Positions 29,474 through 38,233 of a DNA stretch of 64,000 nt are shown here, one piece after another. Location of the stretch: positions 69,403 through 133,402 of the forward strand of contig MIAY01000011.1 of the NCBI GenBank assembly GCA_001829315.1. Direction: 5' to 3'. The notes below the pieces were generated by a model that made no database searches, had not been told where the DNA came from, and was given only the letters and a program-made list of their open reading frames with translations. This DNA is from Spirochaetes bacterium GWE1_32_154 (GTDB taxonomy: Bacteria; Spirochaetota; GWE2-31-10). A program made the translations under genes and the position numbers. Position 1 is the stretch's first letter, and each line of letters begins with the position of its first letter.

Positions 29474-31069
29474 ATGAAAAAATTTATATATATCGCTATT
29501 ACAGTTTTGTTTTTTATAGGGTGTTCAGATTTTAATACTAGTGAAGGTAATTTAGTAATTAAATCACCATCAGATTTAAGTCATATCACCCGGTCTATTG
29601 TTGATTCATCCAGTGATTTTGTAGCTCTTGATAATGATAAGCTGTTTAAGATTAATTTGTTTGTTCTTATCGATGGTACTTTGATTGGTAATTTTTCTAT
29701 GGATCCTGATACGGAGAAAGTTATGTCTGTTCCATCAGGTATTAGCATTGATGTGTATGCAGCCTTATATTATGCTGAAGGTGAAAATACGAATGCAGAG
29801 GAATATAATGTATACCTTTCTTATGCTAAGAGAACCGGTGTTGTTCTAATGTCCGGAGAATCAAAAACTATTGATCTAACTCTGAATCTTAAAGAAAGAA
29901 ACCTTGTTACCTTTTATAAAGAGTACAGTTTTAATAAAGTTACAGGTTCTGCTGTTGGTGAAAATGGTGTTTATTTTTCAATGTTGAAACATTTTTCCGG
30001 AAATCGTGAAATTGGTGAAATTATTAATTATACGAATGGATCAATTAAATCTGTAAGAAAAACAGATGATATAATTTTTCATTCAAACTATACTCCTCTA
30101 AGTGGAAAAAATGTTTTTATAGCAAATAATAAAGGAATATATCTTGAGTCAAATCCTGATATTGAACCCACAAATCTTATTCGTTATGATGAAGCGATAA
30201 CTTCTGAGAAATATACAGGGATAATTGATCTTAAAAGTTTTAAAATTGATATGGATGGTGATCTCCCGGACTCATACTACTATCTGTTTACCAATAAAAC
30301 AGGTTATATTTCTTTAAATCATTTAGTTAGAGATCAGGAAGCTACTTCATCATGGAGTTATTTAGGGGATATTGATTTTAGTTTTTTACCATCGGGAAAT
30401 GTATTTGATCCTTTTATTTATGATATTGCACAGGATAACAAAGATTTTAAATGGATTCATTTTGTTACAAAATTCGGTTTGTTTTATATAAGAGATACGT
30501 TAGTTAATGATATTATTAATGGTGATGTTGGCGATGCGATATCGCAGATGAAGAAAAGTATTGTAGTTAGAAATGAAAATGGAGCAAATGAAGTAATTAC
30601 TATTACAAAAGTTGCTGATACTGAAAACATAATTTATCTCGGGACAAAACTCGGGGTGTATCAGATTAATAAGTTAAGTAGTGAATGGAACAATTTTATC
30701 AATATAAAATCAGATGATTTTATCATTTTTGATAATTCTGCAATAAAAAAAGTAAATGAGTTTCGTAAAGAAGAAAGTATTACAACATTAAAAACAATTA
30801 CAAATCAAGCTGGTGAAATTATTTTAATTGTCGCTACACCAAATAGAGTTGTTTTTACAAATAGTAATGGTAAAAGTAAAGAAATAACTGTTTTCGATGG
30901 TCTGCCCTTTATTCCTTTGAAAACATATAGCAGTATGCCTGAGTTAAATTATAGTGAATATAAAAAACAGTTTACTACAAATATAAAAGATGTTGTGTAT
31001 AAAGATGGAGTTTATTTTTTTATAACTGATTATGGTTTAGCCTCAATCGAGGAGAGTACATTATTTTAA
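29474..31069 (+). CDS. lipoprotein, possibly beta-propeller (Reg_prop-like repeats)
   Basis: Lipobox LFFIGCS. Recurrent ..G(I/L/V)Y.. strands (NKGIYLES, KFGLFYIRD, TKLGVYQIN, DYGLASIE). Confidence 0.55.
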   Translation: MKKFIYIAITVLFFIGCSDFNTSEGNLVIKSPSDLSHITRSIVDSSSDFVALDNDKLFKINLFVLIDGTLIGNFSMDPDTEKVMSVPSGISIDVYAALYYAEGENTNAEEYNVYLSYAKRTGVVLMSGESKTIDLTLNLKERNLVTFYKEYSFNKVTGSAVGENGVYFSMLKHFSGNREIGEIINYTNGSIKSVRKTDDIIFHSNYTPLSGKNVFIANNKGIYLESNPDIEPTNLIRYDEAITSEKYTGIIDLKSFKIDMDGDLPDSYYYLFTNKTGYISLNHLVRDQEATSSWSYLGDIDFSFLPSGNVFDPFIYDIAQDNKDFKWIHFVTKFGLFYIRDTLVNDIINGDVGDAISQMKKSIVVRNENGANEVITITKVADTENIIYLGTKLGVYQINKLSSEWNNFINIKSDDFIIFDNSAIKKVNEFRKEESITTLKTITNQAGEIILIVATPNRVVFTNSNGKSKEITVFDGLPFIPLKTYSSMPELNYSEYKKQFTTNIKDVVYKDGVYFFITDYGLASIEESTLF

Positions 31070-31224
31070 AAAAGATATTATTACAGGAAAACGGTCAGTC
31101 AATTTTTAGAAAGAAACTCATTCAACTTTTTTTAGTTATTTTTATTGCTACGTTTTTAACACTCTTATTAAATATTGTACCTCTTTTCTACGGTAGCATT
31201 GATAATATTGTTTATGATTCATAT

Positions 31225-33861
31225 ATGAGAGTTGTTAGAAAAAATGTCAAACAGGATAGTCAGCTTGTTTTAATTGATATTGATGATAATACGATGTTGC
31301 AACCATTTATTAATTACAGTTGGCCTTGGCCGAGGTATTTGTTTGGTGATGCAGTTGAAGTTTTAGCAGAATTCGGTGTAAAAGGTGCCGTCTTTGATAT
31401 TGAATTTTTAGGTCGAAGTGTTGCCGGTGTCAGTAATGATGAAGTCGATAATGCGCGAATAGGTATTGCTAATGCATTCCAATCAATTGCCGGTGATTTT
31501 AACTCTGCATTGCAGGCTGTTATTCACAACCCTTCTTTTTTAAAGGACACAAAACCTTTAGTGTTTGGTTTTGAAAATCAACTTACCCAATATTATTTCG
31601 AAATTGATCGCTATTTCAATACAATGGTACAGGATAATGATGCGTATTTTGCTAAAAGACTTGCATATTTTGGTAAAGCGTATGGGACAGTGAATATGGC
31701 ACGTGTTTCAGGGTATAGTGAGGATATAAATTCAGAGAAGTATCAATCCGAGTTGAAAAATCTTCAAACTTTTGGAATCAATAAAGATGGTCTTTCCGGA
31801 CAAAAAGTTGATCATTCTGCGATATTTAAAAGAGATACTGCAGAATTTCCCGAAGAAATGATTGTTAAGGAATTTAAGAAAGTGGGGTTTACATCGGTAA
31901 TTAGAGATAGTGATTCATCTATTAGAAGTATACCGCTTTTTATGGAAAAAGATGATATATTGATACCTCAACTTTCATTATCTCCTTTGATGGATATGTA
32001 TAATATTAAATCTTCTGACATTGATTTATCAAAAAGAAATAAAGTTATATTTAAAAATGTATCAATTGACGGAAAGTCCTCAGATATTGTTATACCTTTA
32101 CATAAAGGTATGATGAAAATTAATTGGCCTAAGGGTGCATACAAGGACATTTTTGTTTCTTCAATGGCTAATAATGGTGAGCAAACTCATTTTTCTTTTG
32201 CACGATTAATCAAGTATCGAAATGTATTACTGAGAGATTTTGAAATGTCATTAAAAGATCTTTCTACAATAAATGATGAAGAATTTCATTCAATGTATAA
32301 TTCTTATACTCTTATTAAAGAACAGAAAAGAGTTATGATTGACTCAGGTATTGTATTGTCTGAGGAAGACAGAAAGTCAATGAGTGAATTTATGGATATG
32401 CTTTTACAGAAAGTTGTTGCAGTTTGTAGCGAAGAACGGGCTAAAGAGATGAAAGATGAAATCGAAAAAGCAGGGATGAGCAAAGAGATTGATTTTTCCT
32501 CGATTGATACGATTCTTTTTAATGCAAGAACCGTGGCACATGAAATTATTGAACAAAGAGAAATTATTGAACAATCTCTTTTTGATAAAGTATGTTTTAT
32601 CGGCCTTACTGCTACAGGAACACACGATATTGGTGCAACACCTTTTGATAATAAATTTGCAAATGTCGGTACACATCCTTCGATTTTTAATACTATTATT
32701 AACAAACAATTTATTTATACAGTTCCATCATGGATCATTTTTATCTTTTCAATTTTGTTTTATATGACCGTTGTATTATTTTTATCTGAGAAAGATGCTA
32801 TAAGTACAGCTCTGACCGGGTTAGTGTCAATTCTTTCCATTTATCTTTTAACAATGCCGTCATATCGATTCTGGTATATATATATTTCCCCCGTAATTCC
32901 TGTTTTATTTGGAATTATCACTTTTATCTCTTTACTCATGGTGAAGTTTATTTTATCAGAAAGGGATAAAAAGTTTATTCGATCAACATTCGACAGGTAT
33001 TTATCCCCTGATGTTATTAACGATCTGATTAAGGGCGGGAAAAAAATAGATCTTGGTGGAGAGCGACGCAATTGTACTGCTATGTTCACTGATATTGAAT
33101 CATTTAGTTCTTTCTCTGAGAAATTTATGGATGATCCAAAAGGTCTGGTTAGTTTGTTAAATGGTTATCTGTCTGCTATGAGTGATATAATTATGGATAA
33201 TGGCGGAACGATTGATAAATATGAAGGGGATGCAATTATTGCGTTTTTTGGTGCTCCAATGCAAAGTGATGATCACCCCTTTAAAGCGTGTTTAGCATCA
33301 ATAAGAATGAAAGAAGCAGAGCAGTCGCTTAATAAGCAATTTATGGATTCATGTTTAATAGAAAAACCAATTTATACAAGAATAGGAATAAATACCGGTG
33401 ATATGTTTGTCGGGAATATGGGGACATATAAACGACTGGAATATACAATGATTGGTCATGCGGTAAATCTTGCTGCCCGATTAGAAGGTGTTAATAAGCA
33501 ATATAATACCTATCAGATGATCAGTGAGTTTACGTATTCAAAAGTTGCAAATGAAATATTAGTTCGAAAATTGGATAGTGTCAGGGTTGTCAATATTAAT
33601 ACTCCAATCAGGCTCTATGAACTTATCGGATTAAAGAGTGAAGTTAACCCGGAACTGAAAGAGGCTGTCAGTCTATTTGACCGTGCTATTGAATTATTTG
33701 ATCTGAGGCAATATGAAAAAGCATTAAAGATTTTTTCTGAAATTAAAGTAAATCCTTTTTTTGATAAAACAACCGCTGTGTATATTGACCGGTGTAAGAA
33801 GTTTATTACAAGCGCTCCTCCATCAACATGGGACGGGGTGTATAACCTTACGGTTAAGTAA
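31225..33861 (+). CDS. CHASE2-domain class III adenylate/guanylate cyclase (N-terminus probably extends upstream to about 31063)
   Basis: CHASE2-like periplasmic region, three TM segments, and a CYCc core (RNCTAMFTDIESFSSFSE ... KYEGDAIIAFFGAP ... IGINTGDMFVGNMG). See the finding on the start codon. Confidence 0.85.
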   Translation: MRVVRKNVKQDSQLVLIDIDDNTMLQPFINYSWPWPRYLFGDAVEVLAEFGVKGAVFDIEFLGRSVAGVSNDEVDNARIGIANAFQSIAGDFNSALQAVIHNPSFLKDTKPLVFGFENQLTQYYFEIDRYFNTMVQDNDAYFAKRLAYFGKAYGTVNMARVSGYSEDINSEKYQSELKNLQTFGINKDGLSGQKVDHSAIFKRDTAEFPEEMIVKEFKKVGFTSVIRDSDSSIRSIPLFMEKDDILIPQLSLSPLMDMYNIKSSDIDLSKRNKVIFKNVSIDGKSSDIVIPLHKGMMKINWPKGAYKDIFVSSMANNGEQTHFSFARLIKYRNVLLRDFEMSLKDLSTINDEEFHSMYNSYTLIKEQKRVMIDSGIVLSEEDRKSMSEFMDMLLQKVVAVCSEERAKEMKDEIEKAGMSKEIDFSSIDTILFNARTVAHEIIEQREIIEQSLFDKVCFIGLTATGTHDIGATPFDNKFANVGTHPSIFNTIINKQFIYTVPSWIIFIFSILFYMTVVLFLSEKDAISTALTGLVSILSIYLLTMPSYRFWYIYISPVIPVLFGIITFISLLMVKFILSERDKKFIRSTFDRYLSPDVINDLIKGGKKIDLGGERRNCTAMFTDIESFSSFSEKFMDDPKGLVSLLNGYLSAMSDIIMDNGGTIDKYEGDAIIAFFGAPMQSDDHPFKACLASIRMKEAEQSLNKQFMDSCLIEKPIYTRIGINTGDMFVGNMGTYKRLEYTMIGHAVNLAARLEGVNKQYNTYQMISEFTYSKVANEILVRKLDSVRVVNINTPIRLYELIGLKSEVNPELKEAVSLFDRAIELFDLRQYEKALKIFSEIKVNPFFDKTTAVYIDRCKKFITSAPPSTWDGVYNLTVK

Positions 33862-34140
33862 TAGGTGGTATAAATCTAAATAATTCAACATATAAAGAGT
33901 TATTTTCGGACTTTGATCACTCAGAAGAAATGATAAGGTAGTATTAGTTTTTTCAGATTTTCTGAAAATAGAGTTTTATCGCTACAGAGTGAATATGATA
34001 ACTTTCGATACCAAGTAAGATATTATTTTACCATGGAAATAATTTGTATCAGGTAAAATCGAATAAGTTTAATAATTAAATAAATAAATATTTACATCCT
34101 GCTGTTGATAAAGTAATTCAAGAAACAAAGGTGGAGTAAT

Positions 34141-35178
34141 ATGTTGATTTTTAAAAAAGTTAAAATAGTTAGCATCGTTCTTTTTTCAGTAGTTTTATTT
34201 TTTTTTATAGTCTTTCTTATAATACCGTCTAATAAAATTGTTCTGAAAGGTATTAAAAATATTAAGCTGGATAAAGGATTATTGACGAAATCAAATTCAT
34301 CTAATTGTGATGTTTTAGTATTAACTATTGACGATAGTAGTCTGAATTATTTAGAAGAAAAAGGAATACTATATCCTTGGCCTCGATTAATTTATTCAAA
34401 AATTATTGAATATTTATTAGCCAAAGGTGCAAAAATCGTGATATTAAATGATAATTTATTTCACAATGATTATGATCGAAAGACACGGGGCATAATGGGT
34501 GTTGAAAGTGATAAAGCATTGTCTGAGACTATAAAATCTAATAAAGTTATTGTACCTGTAACTGTCAGTAATCAAAATAACGTATATGAAGTTAGATACC
34601 CAAAAGATCTTTTTATTATGAATAATAATTTTGGTTTTAATTCAATTTTTACTGAAAATAACGGGATTGTAAGAAAATATAAATTGGGTATTGATACTGT
34701 TGATGGATATTTACCATCAATTGCATTTAAAACATATCAAATGCTGAATAATAAAAATAATTATAATGTTGCGGGAGCAAAAATCATGAGTACATAATTT
34801 TTGCTCCCGCAACATGCGATATAATCGCATTAGAGGTAGCCTCATGCAAAAATTCGAGAAAAGAAAAGTATTTTTGCAAGAGGCTCTGTTGATAACATAA
34901 AATTGAATTGGCACGGATTTAAAGGGTTTAAAGATAAAAAATATCTGGAATACTTGTCTGTTAAAGACTTTTTACTGAATAAAGAAAAAATTGAAAATAA
35001 ATTACCAGGAATCTTACCTGATGATATCTATTTAGATAAAGTTGTATTTATTGGAAGTACATCAATAACTTTGCTTAATTTATATATCTCACCATTAGAA
35101 GAGATGGTGTCTAATACTGAAATACAAGCATTAGCATTTATAACAATTTGTAATAAATTTAAGGTAAACGGAAAATAG
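34141..35178 (+). pseudogene. CHASE2-domain sensor gene, interrupted by a 120-nt repeat insertion and truncated after the CHASE2 domain
   Basis: ORFs 34141..34797 and 34903..35178 share one frame and together resemble the CHASE2 part of 31225..33861 (e.g. DKVVFIGSTS vs KVCFIGLTAT). No TM or effector part follows. Confidence 0.75.
34768..34886 (-). mobile_element. Composite copy (E) of the hairpin repeat family inserted inside a coding sequence (MITE-like)
   Basis: Perfect 17-bp hairpin 34768-84 / 34797-813, palindrome ATGCGATATAATCGCAT at 34814-30, hairpin arms 34838-53 / 34870-86. TGTTG at both junctions (34767-71, 34887-91), exactly 120 nt apart. Confidence 0.75.
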
Positions 35179-35470
35179 TGTATCCTCACTTTTTTTGTGA
35201 ATATAAAGTACCAGGGATGGTAGTGAACGACCTGGATTGGCACTTGCACGATAACACAAGAAAAACACCGGCTAAACCACACCGTCTTTCTAACTACGAT
35301 TCAAGTGCTCGCATACCTCACAATGAACTAAAATTGACCGTTCATCGATTTTTCAGAAGTCTTAAAATATCGCTGATCGGAATATCTCAATTTGGTGTTC
35401 TAAAATGACAACAAAAAATTTAACAATTAAAGAGCTTGTTTCTACATAATTAAAATTGTATAATATACCT
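35179..35470 (+). other. G+C-rich non-coding segment upstream of the Rpn-like gene (possible ncRNA or element end)
   Basis: I counted 48 G+C in 35211-35310, against a background near 30%. Contains hairpin CCAGG-N15-CCTGG (35211-35235). The listed ORF 35178..35408 has no SD and no recognisable domain. Confidence 0.4.
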
Positions 35471-36298
35471 ATGGAATATATAAAACCATGGTCTGACATT
35501 TTCATAAAATATTTATTCGGAACCCCTGAGAATAACGAGATTCTCTTAGCATTTGTTAATGCTGTTTTAACAAGTAAGGGCTATGATAGGATCGTTAGCG
35601 TTCAGATTGTAAATCCCTTTAGTATTAAAGATTTTAGTCTTGATAAAGAATCCATTCTTGATGTGAAAGCAATAGATGAAAATAAAAGGATGTATGATAT
35701 CGAAATACAATCGAGCGAATCAGGTAGTTATGTTAATAGAATATTATATTACTGGTCAACAGTTTATGCGTCACAACTAAAAGAAACAGAGGTTTATGGT
35801 AAACTAAAGCCTGTTATTTCGATAAATATGTTGAATTTTACTCTTTTTGAAAGTATAAAAGAATTTCATTCATTATTTATATTGAAAGAAAAAGACATTG
35901 ATGTAATACTAACAGACCATTTGTCATTACACTTCATAGAATTACCTAAATTACATCAAATACATTCAACACTTGAAAAATTTTTATACTTTATTAAAAA
36001 TGAAGGAAAGGAGGATGCTGTGCTTGCAACTTTAATAGGGGAAGATATATTATTAAACAAGGCTCATAATCAGTATAAAAAGTTTACTTCAGATGAAGAA
36101 ATGCGTGATCTTTACTTGCGTAGGGAAATATTTTTAAGAGATAAGCTTTCCGCAATTGAGGATGCGAGAGAGAAGGGGATTAAAGAAGGAAAATTAGAAG
36201 ATGCAAGAAAGATGCTTAGCCATAATCTTACAATTGAACTTATTACCGATGTCACAGGGTTGACTATTGATGAAGTTAAAAGTTTGAAGTGTAAATAA
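35471..36298 (+). CDS. Rpn/YhgA-like PD-(D/E)XK nuclease (TIGR01784-type putative transposase)
   Basis: N-terminus ..DIFIKYLFG.PENNEILLAFVNAVL and core ILDVKAIDENKRMYDIEIQ (D..D/E.K-like) match this family's pattern. ATG 35471 chosen (listed ORF starts at 35456). Confidence 0.7.
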   Translation: MEYIKPWSDIFIKYLFGTPENNEILLAFVNAVLTSKGYDRIVSVQIVNPFSIKDFSLDKESILDVKAIDENKRMYDIEIQSSESGSYVNRILYYWSTVYASQLKETEVYGKLKPVISINMLNFTLFESIKEFHSLFILKEKDIDVILTDHLSLHFIELPKLHQIHSTLEKFLYFIKNEGKEDAVLATLIGEDILLNKAHNQYKKFTSDEEMRDLYLRREIFLRDKLSAIEDAREKGIKEGKLEDARKMLSHNLTIELITDVTGLTIDEVKSLKCK

Positions 36299-36321
36299 TT
36301 GTTCCGTAAGATTTCAATAAA

Positions 36322-36369
36322 GTCTCTTGCAAAAATTCGAGATCAAAAATGAATTTTTGCAAGAGCCTC
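36322..36369. repeat. Hairpin-only copy (F) of the repeat family between convergent genes
   Basis: CTCTTGCAAAAAT (36324-36) pairs with ATTTTTGCAAGAG (36353-65), plus CCTC. Sits between the Rpn-like stop (36298) and the phosphohexomutase stop (36373). Confidence 0.75.
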
Positions 36370-36372
36370 GTC

Positions 36373-38115
36373 TTATAATGCTTTTTTTATCAACCCTTCA
36401 ACTTCTGTTTGCAAGTCTTTGCTGAAATCGTTTAGTTTATTAATTGCATCTTCTTTTGATTTACCTTTAACGGAAAAGTAAAACTTAATTTTTGGTTCTG
36501 TTCCGGATGGTCGTAAAGAAATCTTACTTCCGTCTTCAAGATGGTATTGAATAACATTTGAAGGCGGTAGAATATAAGTACTACCTGCAGCATCAGCAAC
36601 TTTGTCGGTGTTAAAATCAATGGCTTTGGTTACTTTAATGTGTGCAAACTCTTTTCTCGGTGTCGCTTTATAATGAGCCATAATGCCTGCAATTATTTCC
36701 TGACCTTTTAAACCGGGAATATCAATAGATACTGTTTTATCATCATAAAAACCAAATTGAGTAAGAATCTCTGTTAAATAATCATCGAGATTTTTACCTT
36801 CTTTCTGCAGAACAGCGCAACATTCAGCAATAAGCATTGATGCAACAATCGCATCTTTATCTCGAGCATGTGTTCCAACGAGAAAACCATAACTTTCTTC
36901 ACCTCCACAAAGATATTGATAATTTTTGTCTGTTTCAAAATGTTTTATTTTTTCCCCGATATATTTAAAACCGGTTAAAACATTAAAAACTTTTACGCCA
37001 AAAAATGCTCCGATATCATCCTGTAAATTTGTTGTTACAATAGTTTTTACAACAGCACCGTTAGCTGGCAATTTATTTTTCTTTTTGAGTTCTGACAGAA
37101 GATAATACTCAATAATTGCACCGATGTGATTCCCGGAAATGATATTAAAATTACCATTTTTATCTTTAACGGCAATACCCATTCGATCTGCATCGGGGTC
37201 AGTTGCTATAACAATATCAGCGTTTTCTTTTTTTGCAAGGTTTATTCCGCGTTGAAGTGCTTCTTTTTCTTCAGGGTTGGGCTTTTTTACCGTCGGAAAT
37301 TTTCCGTCGGGTATCATTTGTTCTTTTACATACAAAACATTATTTAAACCTAATTTCTTAAATAACTTCGGTATTAATGTTGCTCCTGTTCCATGAATTG
37401 GTGTAAAAACAATTTTTACATTACTTCCATTTGCGATCTCAGGATTAATCGATAATTTATATATTTCATTAAGAAATGCATTATCAACTTCTTCATCGAT
37501 GATTTCAATCATACCATTTGCAACAAGGTTATAAAAGTTTTCTTTTTTCACATCATTCATTGATGTAATTGCTCGAACTTCCGTGATAACCGCTGTGTCA
37601 TGAGGATTAATCATCTGGGCACCGTCACTCCAGTATGCTTTGTACCCGTTGTATTCTTTAGGATTATGACTGGCTGTTATAACAACACCGGTTGCACATC
37701 CAAGATGTCTTATAGCAAAACTGAGTGTCGGGGTCGGTCGCATTTCAGAGAATAAATATGTTTTTATACCGTTCGATGCAAAAATCAATGCTGTTTCATC
37801 AGCAAATTCTTTAGAAAAAATTCTTGAGTCATATGCAACAACCGCTTTAGGGTTTTGTATACCACATTTTTTTATGTAATTAGCAATACCTTGAGTCGCT
37901 TTGGCAACATTGTAGATATTCATGCCATTTGTACCATTTCGTATGATACCTCTCAGTCCTCCGGTTCCGAATTCGAGTTCAGCACCAAACCTTTCGTTAA
38001 GTTCATTTTCATTTTTTTCATCCACTAGTGATGTAATATCTTTAATGCAATCATCCATGTACGGTTTATGAGTCCATTCATTAATTCTTTTCATAATTGT
38101 ATCATCAAGTTTCAT
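36373..38115 (-). CDS. phosphoglucomutase/phosphomannomutase family phospho-sugar mutase
   Basis: Active-site TASHNPKEYNGYK, Mg site ATDPDADR, sugar loop GGEESYG. 580 aa, PgcA-like length. Confidence 0.9.
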   Translation of the reverse strand: MKLDDTIMKRINEWTHKPYMDDCIKDITSLVDEKNENELNERFGAELEFGTGGLRGIIRNGTNGMNIYNVAKATQGIANYIKKCGIQNPKAVVAYDSRIFSKEFADETALIFASNGIKTYLFSEMRPTPTLSFAIRHLGCATGVVITASHNPKEYNGYKAYWSDGAQMINPHDTAVITEVRAITSMNDVKKENFYNLVANGMIEIIDEEVDNAFLNEIYKLSINPEIANGSNVKIVFTPIHGTGATLIPKLFKKLGLNNVLYVKEQMIPDGKFPTVKKPNPEEKEALQRGINLAKKENADIVIATDPDADRMGIAVKDKNGNFNIISGNHIGAIIEYYLLSELKKKNKLPANGAVVKTIVTTNLQDDIGAFFGVKVFNVLTGFKYIGEKIKHFETDKNYQYLCGGEESYGFLVGTHARDKDAIVASMLIAECCAVLQKEGKNLDDYLTEILTQFGFYDDKTVSIDIPGLKGQEIIAGIMAHYKATPRKEFAHIKVTKAIDFNTDKVADAAGSTYILPPSNVIQYHLEDGSKISLRPSGTEPKIKFYFSVKGKSKEDAINKLNDFSKDLQTEVEGLIKKAL

Positions 38116-38233
38116 ATAAAAACTCCTTACTATAAAAAATATACTGCAATTTAATGTAATTATTATACTGTGTCAAGTATCGTTTTTAAAAAATACCAGT
38201 TAAAGGTCTTGTTAAAGTTATCTAAAGGCCTTA

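Noticed and set aside
31027-31069. Programmed -1 frameshift fusing the 29474..31069 lipoprotein to the cyclase
   Set aside because: No slippery heptamer or downstream structure was seen. A lipoprotein-cyclase fusion makes no topological sense. SD plus ATT initiation explains the open frame more simply.
34768-34813. GTTGCGG...CCGCAAC hairpin as an integron attC site
   Set aside because: The ends only loosely resemble GTTRRRY/RYYYAAC. There is no intI, no cassette array, and the copies are dispersed among housekeeping genes.
34717-34914. Minus-strand ORF 34717..34914
   Set aside because: It is composed almost entirely of repeat copy E plus antisense of the CHASE2 pseudogene.
35178-35408. ORF 35178..35408 (76 aa) as a real gene
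   Set aside because: GTG start with no SD and no recognisable motif, in a segment whose main property is a G+C jump. Kept as a non-coding 'other' feature and flagged for an ncRNA or homology search instead.
535-36369. The hairpin repeats as a CRISPR array
   Set aside because: The copies are scattered over 36 kb in both orientations, not regularly spaced with unique spacers. No cas genes are present.
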